Shown piece by piece: positions 28,601-40,600 of a stretch of 64,000 nt of DNA; the stretch's first letter is position 1, and every line of letters starts with the position of its first letter. The DNA lies in contig NW_027266275.1 in NCBI RefSeq assembly GCF_022045235.1, positions 372,001 to 436,000 of the forward strand. Reading direction: 5' to 3'. The notes beneath the pieces are model-generated. The model did no database searches and was not told the origin of the DNA. It was given only the letters and a program-made list of their open reading frames with translations. Source of the stretch: Haliotis cracherodii. Its lineage: Eukaryota. Both the position numbers and the translations under genes were made by a program.

Positions 28601-31600
28601 CACAATATTCATGAAGGTAACGTAGATTACAATTTATGTAACTTAGATTACTATAATCATATCAGAGCAATTACTGATGTTGTATTTAACTCTAAGCGTT
28701 AGTTTGACTATCGAGGTACAAAGTATTTCCAGAATGTATGAACAAAAATATCATCCATGTTATTTAAACACCACGATGTAGTTTAATTTATTGAATATTC
28801 TTAATTCAAATTAAAAATCAGGAAGATTTTCCTTGATATTATTAGATTTTGTTTTTTTAAAAGGTTTTCACTTTAAAACTTCTTTATGTTTCTTAAGAAG
28901 ACAATAACAAGAAATGATTACATTACTGAATCATTGTTACAAGTCTGGAAGCTCCATTGTAAATTTAGTAAAATCTAAATATTTTTTACATTTGTATACT
29001 TATCCTGCATTACTCCGTATTGCATTTACTGCTGTCTTTGACAGAGTGACGAACTGTGTGAGATCCAGCTGCTGAAGAAAGTTGTCCCAACCAGCTCAGG
29101 AGGCAGCGCCCTCTCACAGTCGGCACGTGACCCGGAAGTCATGACGTCACACAAAAACACATAACTGCTTTAAACATAACATCTGAAACTTCGCGGGGAG
29201 GTAGCGTAGCGAAAGGGAGGGCACTTAGACTTCGTAATGCAGGATAAGTATACAAATGTAAAAAATATTTAGATTTTACTAAATTTTTTAACTTATCCTG
29301 CATTACTCCGTATTGCATCTTTATCAGACGGCATGGCCGGTGGGCATACCTGCAGATGTGAACCATATTAAACCCTCGTCAAGGTCCGATGAATCCGCAC
29401 CGCATACAAGTGATGACCGGAACATCTACGACCATTCCTGTCTTCAGGAAACAAGAGTCGATGCAAAAACGAAACGCCCGAATAGGTAACCGAAATACAA
29501 TGAGGCGTGTTGCCAAAATATATAACTTACCGAAGAGCGAAAGCGAAACGCAGTAGAGCCCTCTAATCTGAGGCGATAAACACCAGAGAGTTCGACGGGC
29601 CCCGCTCGGGGAATCGAAGAATCAGCGGCGTCGGCGGCAAAATCTACGACCAATCCCAAGAGCGAATGCGAAACGCAGGATAGCCCTCTAGGCTGGAGGC
29701 AAGGAACACCGGTGAGGTCGACGGGCACCGCTCAGGTATCAGAGAAGCAGCGGCGTTGGCGTCGGCGCCGGTGTCCACATCTACTACCATTCCTGTCGTC
29801 AGGAAACGAGAGTTGATGCAAAAAGTAAAACCCGGATAGGTGACAGCAATAGAATGAGTCGGGTAACCCAAAACTAAAACTGACCTAAGAGCGAATGCGG
29901 AACGCAAGAGATCCGTCTCGTCTGGGGTGATAAACACCAGAGAGGTCGACGGTCCCGCTCAGGGTATCGGAGAATCAGTGGCGTCGGAGATAGATGACCT
30001 GTTGGGCTACAACCAGGGACCAAAACTGTGAACGCCGGCGACAACTTTCAAGGCTACATCACGGAAGTAGTGGTTGGTGAAGGCGGTGTCCGATCGCCAC
30101 GAACAGGCTTCCCTGAACGACTGGATGGAACAGTATACCGTGAAGAACCAGTGTAAATACGATCGCCCTGATCTCATTTTATTTCAGGTGATAGCCTTTG
30201 GGGGGAGGGTCCAATCCGGCGGCTCATAAGCTTTAAGGATGACCGTCCGGAGCCACAGGGAAAAGTATTCCGGCTGACCAACGACTGCGACGAAGGGGAG
30301 ACCGGCAGAAAAAGGTGTTTCCTAGACTTGCGGCAGTCTTTAGATCGTAGAATAACCTTCAGTGCCCTTACTGGGCATAATGACGCTCATCCTCATCCTC
30401 GGCACCCACACTGGACGAGGGGGGAGGGGACAAGGAATGATCTATCAGGCTGTCCTGGGAGTTGAGTCTTTACGCTGACGTCCCAGTACGGTCCATGATG
30501 AACGGCGCCCTGGGTACCGCATTCGAACCGGGCACGGGAGACGTCGAGGGCGTGCTGTACATGGACTCGAGCGGCAGTAGTCAAAACCAGTAGAAACACC
30601 CGTCTTCTACTTAAGGTCGTAGAAGGAAGTCGAGGGGAGTGGTTCGAAGGGCGTTGAAGACCACATTCAGATCCAACGCAGGCGGTCCGAACTTGGCCTT
30701 CAGGTCTTCAAGACTGAACGAGCGCAGCCAGGCCCGTAGGTCGGGAATTTTCGTCTTTCTCCGATCGTCCGGGATGGCCAGAACGGAGTAGATGGCGACC
30801 AGGTGTGTGGGGGTGGTAAGCCCTTCAACCGACGGGTGCTACGCAAGTACAGAAGGAACTGAACCAGGATCTGCGGTGACGCTGTCATCGGATCCTGGTG
30901 TTTGTCAGAACAAAATGCCTGGAACAAGCATCATTTATCAGCATACAGTCCCCCTGTAGATGGACGGTGGGCTGAAGCAATAGCCTTGGTCGCTCAAGCC
31001 GAATAGCCCTTGGCTTTCTGCAGGTGTGTCAGGCGTGCAGACGATAACATGCGGGTATGAGGGTGTGGCAACAGACCGTGTGGATGGAGCAGAAGGTTGT
31101 CTCTGGGTATGTTTCGGAGGTCGATAACCCAACTTCTGGCTGACCAATAAGGCGAGACCAAAGTCAATGGCAGGGGTCGAGTGGCCTGGATCTCTGAAGA
31201 ACCAAGGGAGGGAGAACCGGAGTCGGAAAAGCGTACACGCGTAATCCTTCTCAGGAACGATGGAAGGCTTCGACTGCCACAGCGGTCGTATCCGGCACAG
31301 GTGGAATGGAAGACGACAGCTGGCCACATTCAGATATGAGGCAAACAGATCTAGGGTTGGGGTGTCGACCGTTTGACATATTCTGGCCCGAGGCGCCGGA
31401 GAGCGTGAGGCGTCGGAGAGCTTGAGGCGCCTGGAACGCCGAAGATGGTGATTCTCGGGGGCGCCGGTCGAGTTTGTAGCGCCGGGAGAGGGGCGAGTAC
31501 TCTGGGTCCGCAAACACCACACTACGGTGACGTCGTCAGTGGACACGATCAACAGGGCGTGACCGAGAAAGCACTGTCAGCAAGCGACGTCCTGGATAAG

Positions 31601-34600
31601 CCTTTATCTCGAGGCTGTTGCTGTGCCAATGGTGTTGATCTCTGGATCACAGGTGGTCACAATGTGGGCTGGTGTGGGCCACTAGCCACTGACAAGGTGG
31701 CAGGGGTGGTAGTCAGCAACAGGGGTCTGCGATTGCGTACCGTCGGTACGATTCGGAAAAAGGTGTGATCGCCTGCGAGCCAACCTCAAGTAGACGAAGT
31801 AAACCAGCTTCACAATCGACCGCCGGGGCATCGACGTAACCGGGTAGTAGGAAGTCGAGGCAATATGGCCATTGCACGAAGTAATGAGATCGTTTTCATC
31901 CCTGAAGCGGCGTATAAGTACTCCTGTTCTTATATCGAGGTGACGATGGAGGACGACAACACGATACGAGGCAGGTATGCAACAGGGGTCAGTGGGACGG
32001 CCGAGGGACTTTAAGTATCAAATCGACACTGTGTCCGGTAGTCAAGGCGGAAGATAGGAAGGTGTCGTAGTCGAAAAGATCAAACCGGACGAAGGAAGGC
32101 GATCTTTTCCATCCCTTGAACGCCTATAGGCGCTATCGTTCTTACAGCGAAGGGTTGATGAAACAAGGTTCCTCGTGACAGCCGTGTTGGTAGAGGAGGT
32201 CTATTGTTTCCAACATCCGTGCATGGATGGACTGCGACAGGCGCCTGGTTGAGTGGTAGCACCAAGCGTACAGGTAGACATGGAAACCAATCTGTAGAAA
32301 TACATGGCACCCCTTGCCATGGTAAGTTGACCTAATTCCGGTCGGAGTTGTTGACAGTCCGAGTACTTGACACGTGACATGTAAATCACACTGCGCAGTA
32401 GCCGAGAAAACCGCCTTGGAGTCGGAACTGAGGTGCAAACTCCACACACAGACAATCCTCAATGAACTGCGTGAGAGACGATCAAGTGGTGTACCCGAGT
32501 TTTGCGATAAAACACGGAACCCCATGGGCGTCGTGGAAAACCCGGTGAGCGCCGAGGAAGAGTCTCTTTCAGGAATGCTGGCGCTAGGGTAGGGTAGAAC
32601 AGCGTTGGTGTCGGCGATGTCGACGAAGTAAACTCTTTGTAAGTGGATGTCGTCGTCGAATCTGATACAGACGCTGTTCACATGACGCTCTGTTTCGATG
32701 GAAACCCGCAGGTCATCTCTCCGGAATCATAGCGCTTTAAACGACGGGATTATGGATAACGTCTCAGTGGGCAAGTTGAATCAGACCAACTGTCTATTGG
32801 TTGAAAAGATTCCACCCAGGAAGTAGAACGATAGTCACGATCCCGAAGACCGACGGGAGAGTAGCGACAGCAGCGGCGACAGTTGTTTCACCATGCTTCT
32901 CCGTGTGACGAGTTATGAGACGGCAGCAAGAGAAGAGGGCAGCAAGAGAAGAGGGCAGGGGCGCCGGGGAGGCGATTGCCGATGGTGCCCCTTAAGCCGC
33001 AGTAGAAGATCGGATAGTCGGCTCGTTGATCTGAGCTTGATAAAGCTTGTTGATCTGGGCGCCGGAGGTCATCTTAGGCGCCGGATATATCATAGGCGCT
33101 TCTTCCGTAACTCTTGAGGCGCCGGAGTAGTCAGAGGCGCCAGAGACATTAGAGGCGTCGAAGATCATGAGATTAAAGACCTTAGAGGCGCCGGGAGCGC
33201 CGAAGACATCAGAGGATGCGGAGGCGCCGGAGCGCGGAGACATCAGAGGCGCCGGGAATGCACGAGGCGCCGAGACATCAGAGGCGCCGGAGGCGCCGGG
33301 AGCGCCGGGAGCGCCGGAGGCGCCGAGACATCAGAGGCGCCGGGAGCGCACGAGGCGCCGAGACATCAGAGGCGCCGGGAGCGCCGGGACATCAGAGGCG
33401 CCGGAGGCGCCGAGACAGAGGCGCCGGGAGCGCACGAGGCGCCGGGAGCGCACGAGGCGCCGGGACATCAGAGGCGCCGGAGGCGCCGGGAGCGCACGAG
33501 GCGCCGGGAGCGCACGAGGCGCCGAGACATCAGAGGCGCCGGGAGCGCACGAGGCGCCGAGACATCAGAGGCGCCGGAGGCGCCGGGAGCGCCGGAGGCG
33601 CCGAGACATCAGAGGCGCCGGGAGCGCACGAGGCGCCGAGACATCAGAGGCGCCGGAGGCGCCGGGAGCGCCGGGACATCAGAGGCGCCGGGAGCGCACG
33701 AGGCGCCGGGACATCAGAGGCGCCGGAGGCGCCGGGAGCGCAAGAGGCGCCGGAAGGCCGAGACCGCCGGGACATCGGAGGCGCCGGGAGCGCCGGAGGC
33801 GCCGAGACATCAGAGGCGCCGGAGGCGCCGGGAGCGCTGGGAGCGCCGGGACATCGGAGGCGCCGGGAGGCGCCGGGAAGCGCCGGGAGCGCCGGGAGCG
33901 CCGGGAGCGCCGGGAGCGCCGGGAGCGCCGGAGACATCAGCGTTGATGTGGTGGTGTTGGAGACCGTGAACGGTCGTATGTCGTGCCAGGGGAGGCAGAC
34001 TCTACGTTGGGAGCGCTGGAGCCGCCGGTGGAGTAGGAGACCGTGAACGGTCGTATGTCGTGCCATGGGAGGCAGACTCTACGTTGGGAGCCGCCGTTGG
34101 TGCTGGGAGCACTTGCGAAGCTCCGCTCAGCGCTACTGCCGTCAACGTAGGTGGGGGTCGACGAGCACGTTGAGCCAGGTGTGTCCTGGATACTCGCATG
34201 AGCTGAAGGATCACAGCGACGAATGACTGCAACATCGGCACTGCCTTGTGAAAGTACAGGGCGTCGTACAATCACGGCAGAAAGGGGCGGCCCCGACCAG
34301 ATTTGTTCCCGCGGCAACAAGTGCAGCGAGGCAGAAAATCTGGAATTTAAGCAAAACATAACTATGTGGCAAAGCCACAAAGTGCGGGAAGCATAATGTG
34401 ATTCAGAAACTTTGTATTTCAATGAAGTTTATGAGATCAAACAATGACGCTAAAAGGTAGCGAAAAAGCATAGCTTTAAGCAAACACATAACCATGTGGC
34501 CAATCACAAAGTATGGGAAGCATAATGTGATTCAGAAACTTTGTATTTCAATGAAGTTTATGAGATCAAACAATGACGCTAAAAGGTAGCGAAAAGCATA

Positions 34601-37600
34601 GCTTTAAGCAAACACATAACCATGTGCAAACACGTAACCATGTGGCAAAACCACAGAGTACGGGAGACATAATGTAACTCAAAAACTTCGTATTATATTG
34701 AAGTTTATGAGAAGAAACAATTACGCTGAGAGGTAGCGAAAAGGCAAGGCTTTAAGCACACCAAAACAACATACATAAATGTAATGTATTACCCAAGCCA
34801 AAGAGAGAATTCAAAACGCAGAACACGACATTACGTGGCCACGTGGTGAATGGCCAAAATGGCGGGAAAGAAAACAAAATGGCGGGAACAACATTGCGCC
34901 CGTAAATTACTGTGACGTGAGCCACAGACGAGCGATAAACGTTACAATTTACGAATGGGAAGACCCTAAGGTCACGGCCCATAACAGGTAACAATGTAGC
35001 AGCATATAATGAATGTAGAAACACGCAAAATATAAAAAACAAATAATAAGCTTTAATTTCCACAAGGGATACACAGTACGTCCGTCCGTGGAGGTGACAA
35101 AGCAGTTATGTGTTTTTGTGTGACGTCATGACTTCCGGGTCACGTGCCGACTGTGAGAGGGCGCTGCCTCCTGAGCTGGTTGGGACAACTTTCTTCAGCA
35201 GCTGGATCTCACACAGTTCGTCACTCTGTCAAAGACAGCAGTAAATGCAATACGGAGTAATGCAGGATAAGTTAAAAAATTTGTTTGTTTGTTTGTATAG
35301 TATTATGTAATCTACGTGACTGAATAAGTATTTGTTATCTTGCAAAAATGTATTACTTTATTGTTTAGAGTTTCTGACATGTTACTCTTTGTTGATGAAC
35401 GTATAGATACATACGATCATAGGTTGACTTTGTTTTCCTGAATATTAAGGCATGTAGAAATCATTAACAGGTTTTGTTGAAAACAACCGTCTAAAAATTC
35501 TATTTATTGTTTAAAGGTCAGCTCCATCATTGTTAAACAAGATTGGCATACCTTATTTGTGAACAATTAATTACGTGATGGTTTTCTACAAAGTCATAAT
35601 GATAAACAGGAAAACAGAATTGCAATAACTTAACATTTACATTATTTTATAGACATATGGTGGTCACGTAGATTACATCCTCCTTTGTGGGTTAGTGGCA
35701 TAAATAGTTAATAATTTTGTTATTGGCAAAGCTTGAGTGCCAAAATTTTATATACTTGTTTTTTAATGTTCGTTCTACGAATAAAATATCATTTCATGGT
35801 GAAAGCTGAGACTTTAATTTTTCAAGTTTCCAAACTGTAATTGTACATTCTTCGTGAGAATGGGTGTTAATCTACTGCCACAGGACAAGGTCCTCCATAG
35901 CAAGCTGTCACGGGTACCTCCCTGACAAACACTACTGCCACCAGGACCAGCTCCTCCACAAACAGCTGTCACAGGTACCTCAGTCACTGACACTACCGCC
36001 CAAAGTACAAGCTCCTCCAAGGCCAGCCGTCACGGGTACCTCACTGACTAACACTACTGCCACCAGGAAAACCTCCTCCACAGCACAGTCAGCTGTCATG
36101 GGTACCTCACTGACTAACACTACTGCCACAGGACAAGGTCCTCCACAGCCAGCTGTCACGGGTACCTCAGTCACTGACACTACCGCCCAAAGTACAAGCT
36201 CCTCCAAGGCCAGCCGTCACAGGTACCTCACAGACTAACACTACTGCCACCAGGACAAGCTCCTCCATAGCAAGCTGTCACGGGTACCTCCCTGACAAAC
36301 ACTACTGCCACCAGGACCAGCTCCTCCACAAACAGCTGTCACAGGTACCTCAGTGACTGACACTACTAACCAAAGGACAAGCTCCTCCAAGGCCAGCTGT
36401 CACGGGTACCTCACTGACTAACACTACTGCCACCAGGACAAGCTCCTCCACAGCCAGCTGTCACGGGTACCTCACTGACTAACACTACTGCCACCAGGAC
36501 AAGCTCCTCCATAGCAAGCTGTCACGGGTACCTCCCTGACAAACACTACTGCCACAAGGACCAGCTCCTCCACAAACAGCTGTCACAGGTACCTCAGTGA
36601 CTGACACTACCACCCAAGGACAAGCTCCTCCAAGGCCAGCTGTCACGGGTACCTCACTTTGAAGTTAGGTTCAATGACAATTGTATTCAGGCAGATTACA
36701 GAAATCTAGATAATAACCCAAATACTGAACAAATAGACTACTACAAGAAGCCAAAATTGGAAATATTGTCGCTAAGGTCGGCAATGCCTGATGAGGTGAG
36801 GTGAAATGGGGTTTAACGTCGCGTCCAAGATTATTGCACTTATAAAGGGATGTGCATGTACGTGTGTGTGTTTGTGTGGCTGCTTGTACTAGTCCGGACT
36901 GATGCCGATTTATAGTGCTGGCTCACTGAGATACCATGCCGCAGTTTAACATGAATTCCCAACTCAGACACAGTATACTGACTCCGAGCCGACCAGTCCT
37001 TGTTTTAGCCCCTTAATGCAGAGCGCCAGACAGGGTAACAACAAGTACCATCTTTTAACGTCTTTTGGTATGACGCGGTCGGGGATCGAACCCCGGACCT
37101 TCCACTCTCCGGGCGGACGCTCTACCACTAGACCACGGAGGCGGTCCAATGCCTGATGAAGCACTACAGGTCGTGAGATACACTATAGAACCTCAAATAG
37201 TAGAAGAAGATAGGAATAAACCATGGGTATGGATGGAAAAGTTACGTATTTTCTATACAGGGACCGTCGGTAGTTCATTGATTACAGATAGATTCAGATT
37301 TTGGAATACTAATCAGCTACCACACGAAACAGTACAAGAATGGGAGGTCAAGGTCAGACAATCAGGTAGCTTGTGTGCCTATGCAGCAGTAGGAGATGGA
37401 ATGTGTCGTGACAAATTTGTATTTGGTCTGCATGACAGCAACATTAGAACTGAACTTTTAAAGACACACTTGAAATCAGACAATAGTAAAAAGTTATTGT
37501 CAGATGTTGTCAGTGAAGCCAAAGCCCTTGAATCTGCACAGAAGGCAAATAAACTTATTGATGAATCATCCAAGAATATTGATTAACAGGTACACTGGAC

Positions 37601-40600
37601 TCGTCACAAAGAAATGAAGCTGAAGAGAGAGCCAGGTACATGCCATTGGTGTGGAGATCGACGAGGCCCTCATCCATGGAAGGAGTGCCCAGCAAAAGGA
37701 AAAGACTGTGTGAGATGTGGGTTAAATGACCATTTTGCCAGGGTATGTTTGCAAAATCCTGTCAACCCCACTTCTTATCCAAGACGGGGGCAACAACAAA
37801 GTAGAGGGAACCAGGGTCGTGGTAGGAGGGTACGTAAGGTACGTACAGGGTACGTAAGGTACACAAACCAGCGAGAAAACCAGGACAAGGAAAGTCGAGG
37901 TACAAGCAAATGTCACCAGTCAACTCATCAATTAGATGCACAATGCCACTACACTGATGACTATGAACAGGGAGATGAGTACCAGATATACTCACTAGAA
38001 ACTCAGCAGGCATATAATGTAACCACAAACAAAATGGGCAAGAAATACTTTGTCTACCTGTCGACATCAACATCAGGAAACAAGTTTACACCAGTAAAGT
38101 ACCAGATAGATTCTGCAGCCACATGTAATACCATTTCCGATCAGACTGTTAGAGATATGTTTCCAGAGGCAACTATTCAAAGATCCCCATTCATATTGCA
38201 TCCTTATGGTGATGCAAAGCCCCTTCACCCGTTGGGACTAGTCAGTTTAATATGAGAACGAAAGAACAAGTTTGAACTTTTGACATTTCAAGTACTTCCC
38301 CATGATCAGTTGAAAGGAAAGCCAGCTTTACTTTCTAGCCAAGACAGTGAAAATCTTGGACTGATAAAGATTGAAGCTGATGAGGTATTTACTTTGACTT
38401 CTAAAGTACATGATGTTGCAGATGTTACAGATGGTGGAGACTTACCAGGGTTTCAGGCACGCACACCAGACTGCGGTTCATCAAATCTTCAAGACTTAAA
38501 TGAATCCATGTGCATGGAGGAAAAGAAACAAATGGAAATTACAGATCCCAGTAGTCTATGTGCATGCAATCATCTTGAGACTATACACAGCAAGGTGCCT
38601 GGACACTGCACTATGCCACCTCCAGCAACATGAGAGCCTATTGTACTACCAAGGAAAAGGATGTTACCTCCACCTGGTCAACTCACTAAGCACAATGTGC
38701 TGAAGGAATACCCAGAAAATTTTGAAGGGGTGGGGTCCCTGGTACCTCCAGTTCATTTCAAGGTGAAAACTGATGTTGTTCCCATACAGATGCCAATACA
38801 CACAGTTCCTGTAGCAAAAAGGGATAAGGAAAAGATTGCAATTGATAAATATGTAGAAGCTGGTATACTAGCAAAGGTGGATGAGCCAACACCATGGTGC
38901 TCAAATGTTCTAATAAGAGAAACTCCAAAAAAGTTCAGGGTATGCATAGATCCCAGTCAAACTGTGAACAAAGCCATCCTTCGACCAATATGTCAAATGC
39001 CGACACTCAATGAACAGCTTAACAAATTATGCAAAGCCAAGTGTTTTTCACTGGTAGATGTCCGTGATGGTTTTCTTCATATTCCTTTGGATGAAGAATC
39101 ATCTTCCATGACTACGATGCACACGTCTTATGGCAGGTATAGATGGCTACGCCTGCCATTTGGATTTACAAGTGCACCTGGGGAGTTCCAAATAAGACTA
39201 TCTGCTGCACTTGAAGGTCTAGATCAATGACTGATGACATACTCATATACGGTGAAGGAAACACATATGAGGAGGCGGAACAGGATCATGATCGGCGCTT
39301 TATAGCGTTAATGGAAAGATGCTTGAAGAAAAATATCAAGTGCCAACCTTCTAAACTGAAGTTCAAAATGAAGGAACTGAAATTTGTCGGCAACATAATT
39401 ACTGACAAACGAATGAAAGCGGACCCAGATAAGGTTGCTGAGATCACAGAAATGCCTCCTCCACGCAACAAGGCTAGGCTCCTGAGATTCATAGGGATGG
39501 TCAACTACTTATCACCCTTCTGTGAAAATCTGAGTGCAACAATTCGCCCTCTCACAATGCTCACACAGGAAGGTGTACCATTCTCTTGGGCGTCAACACA
39601 AGAAACTGCATTCAATCAGGCCAAACAACTTATATCAACAGCACCTGTACTAAGTTATTATGACCTGCAAAAGAATGTGGTATTGCAAGTGGATGCTAGT
39701 GAGGAAGGTCTTGGGGGTGCCTAACTTCAGCCTTATGCTAATGGAAAACTTCATCAAGCGGCATTCACATCCTGCAGCATGAATGCAACAGAACAGAGAT
39801 ATTCCCACATTGAGAAGGAGTGTCTTGCGATATGCAATGCATTTGCCAAGTTTGACCAGTGGCTGTACGGAAAGGCAGACATTGAAGTACATACTGATCA
39901 TCAGCCACTGGAAACAATCATGAAGAAGCAACTGAACAAGGCCCCTGCAAGGCTACAAAGAATGTTGTTAAAGTACAACGCTATCACTTCACTGTCAAGT
40001 ACAGGAGCAGCACTACCAACTCCAATCAATGCCAAGGTGACAGGGTATGAAGTATTCCGTCTGGAACTAGAACACGAATATGATGAGCACAATCCACATC
40101 TCCATGAAGAAACTGAGACCAGACTCCGAGAGGAAACTGCGAAAGATCCATTGATGTCTCAGTTGTACACACTGATAGGTCATGGATGGCCAGATGACAG
40201 AAACCTACTGGATCCAGCTTTGGCCTCCTACTGGGGCTATAGAGATGAACTTAGCATCAGCAATGGGATCATATACAAAGGTTCACTTGTGATGATCCCA
40301 AAGAGCATGTACAGAGAGATGCTGGAAAAGATACACTTGAATCACTTTGGAGCTGAATCAAACATACGAATGGCTTGAGAGGTCCTCTTTTGGCCTGGGA
40401 TGAGGAACTCTATTCATGATATGTGCAGTGCGTGTGGAACATGTGCACAGTATGGAAATGAAGCACCCAGAGAACCCATGAAGTCTTTGCCAATACCAAC
40501 CATGTCCTGGCAAATTATAAGTCAAGATTTATTTGCCTTTGAGAAAAAGACTTACCTTGTCACAGTTTGTCACTTCTCTGACTGGATTGAGGTTGACGAA

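Larger units (their letters stand above)
25226..35866. mobile_element. TTAA-flanked non-autonomous DNA transposon (tentatively piggyBac-like), about 2.4 kb own sequence, expanded by nested Kolobok-like and DIRS insertions
   Basis: Perfect 27-bp TIR cacccattctcacgaagaatgtacaat; TTAA at 25222-25225 and 35867-35870; recurring gtaa(g/t)ctacgt motif in both orientations. Confidence 0.85.

Noticed and set aside
33167-34046. Arg-rich plus-strand ORFs as protamine-like genes
   Set aside because: Antisense reading of the GC-rich minisatellite inside DIRS gag.
37075-37146. tRNA gene
   Set aside because: A/B boxes belong to a SINE head followed by a SINE body and tail, flanked by a 13-bp TSD.
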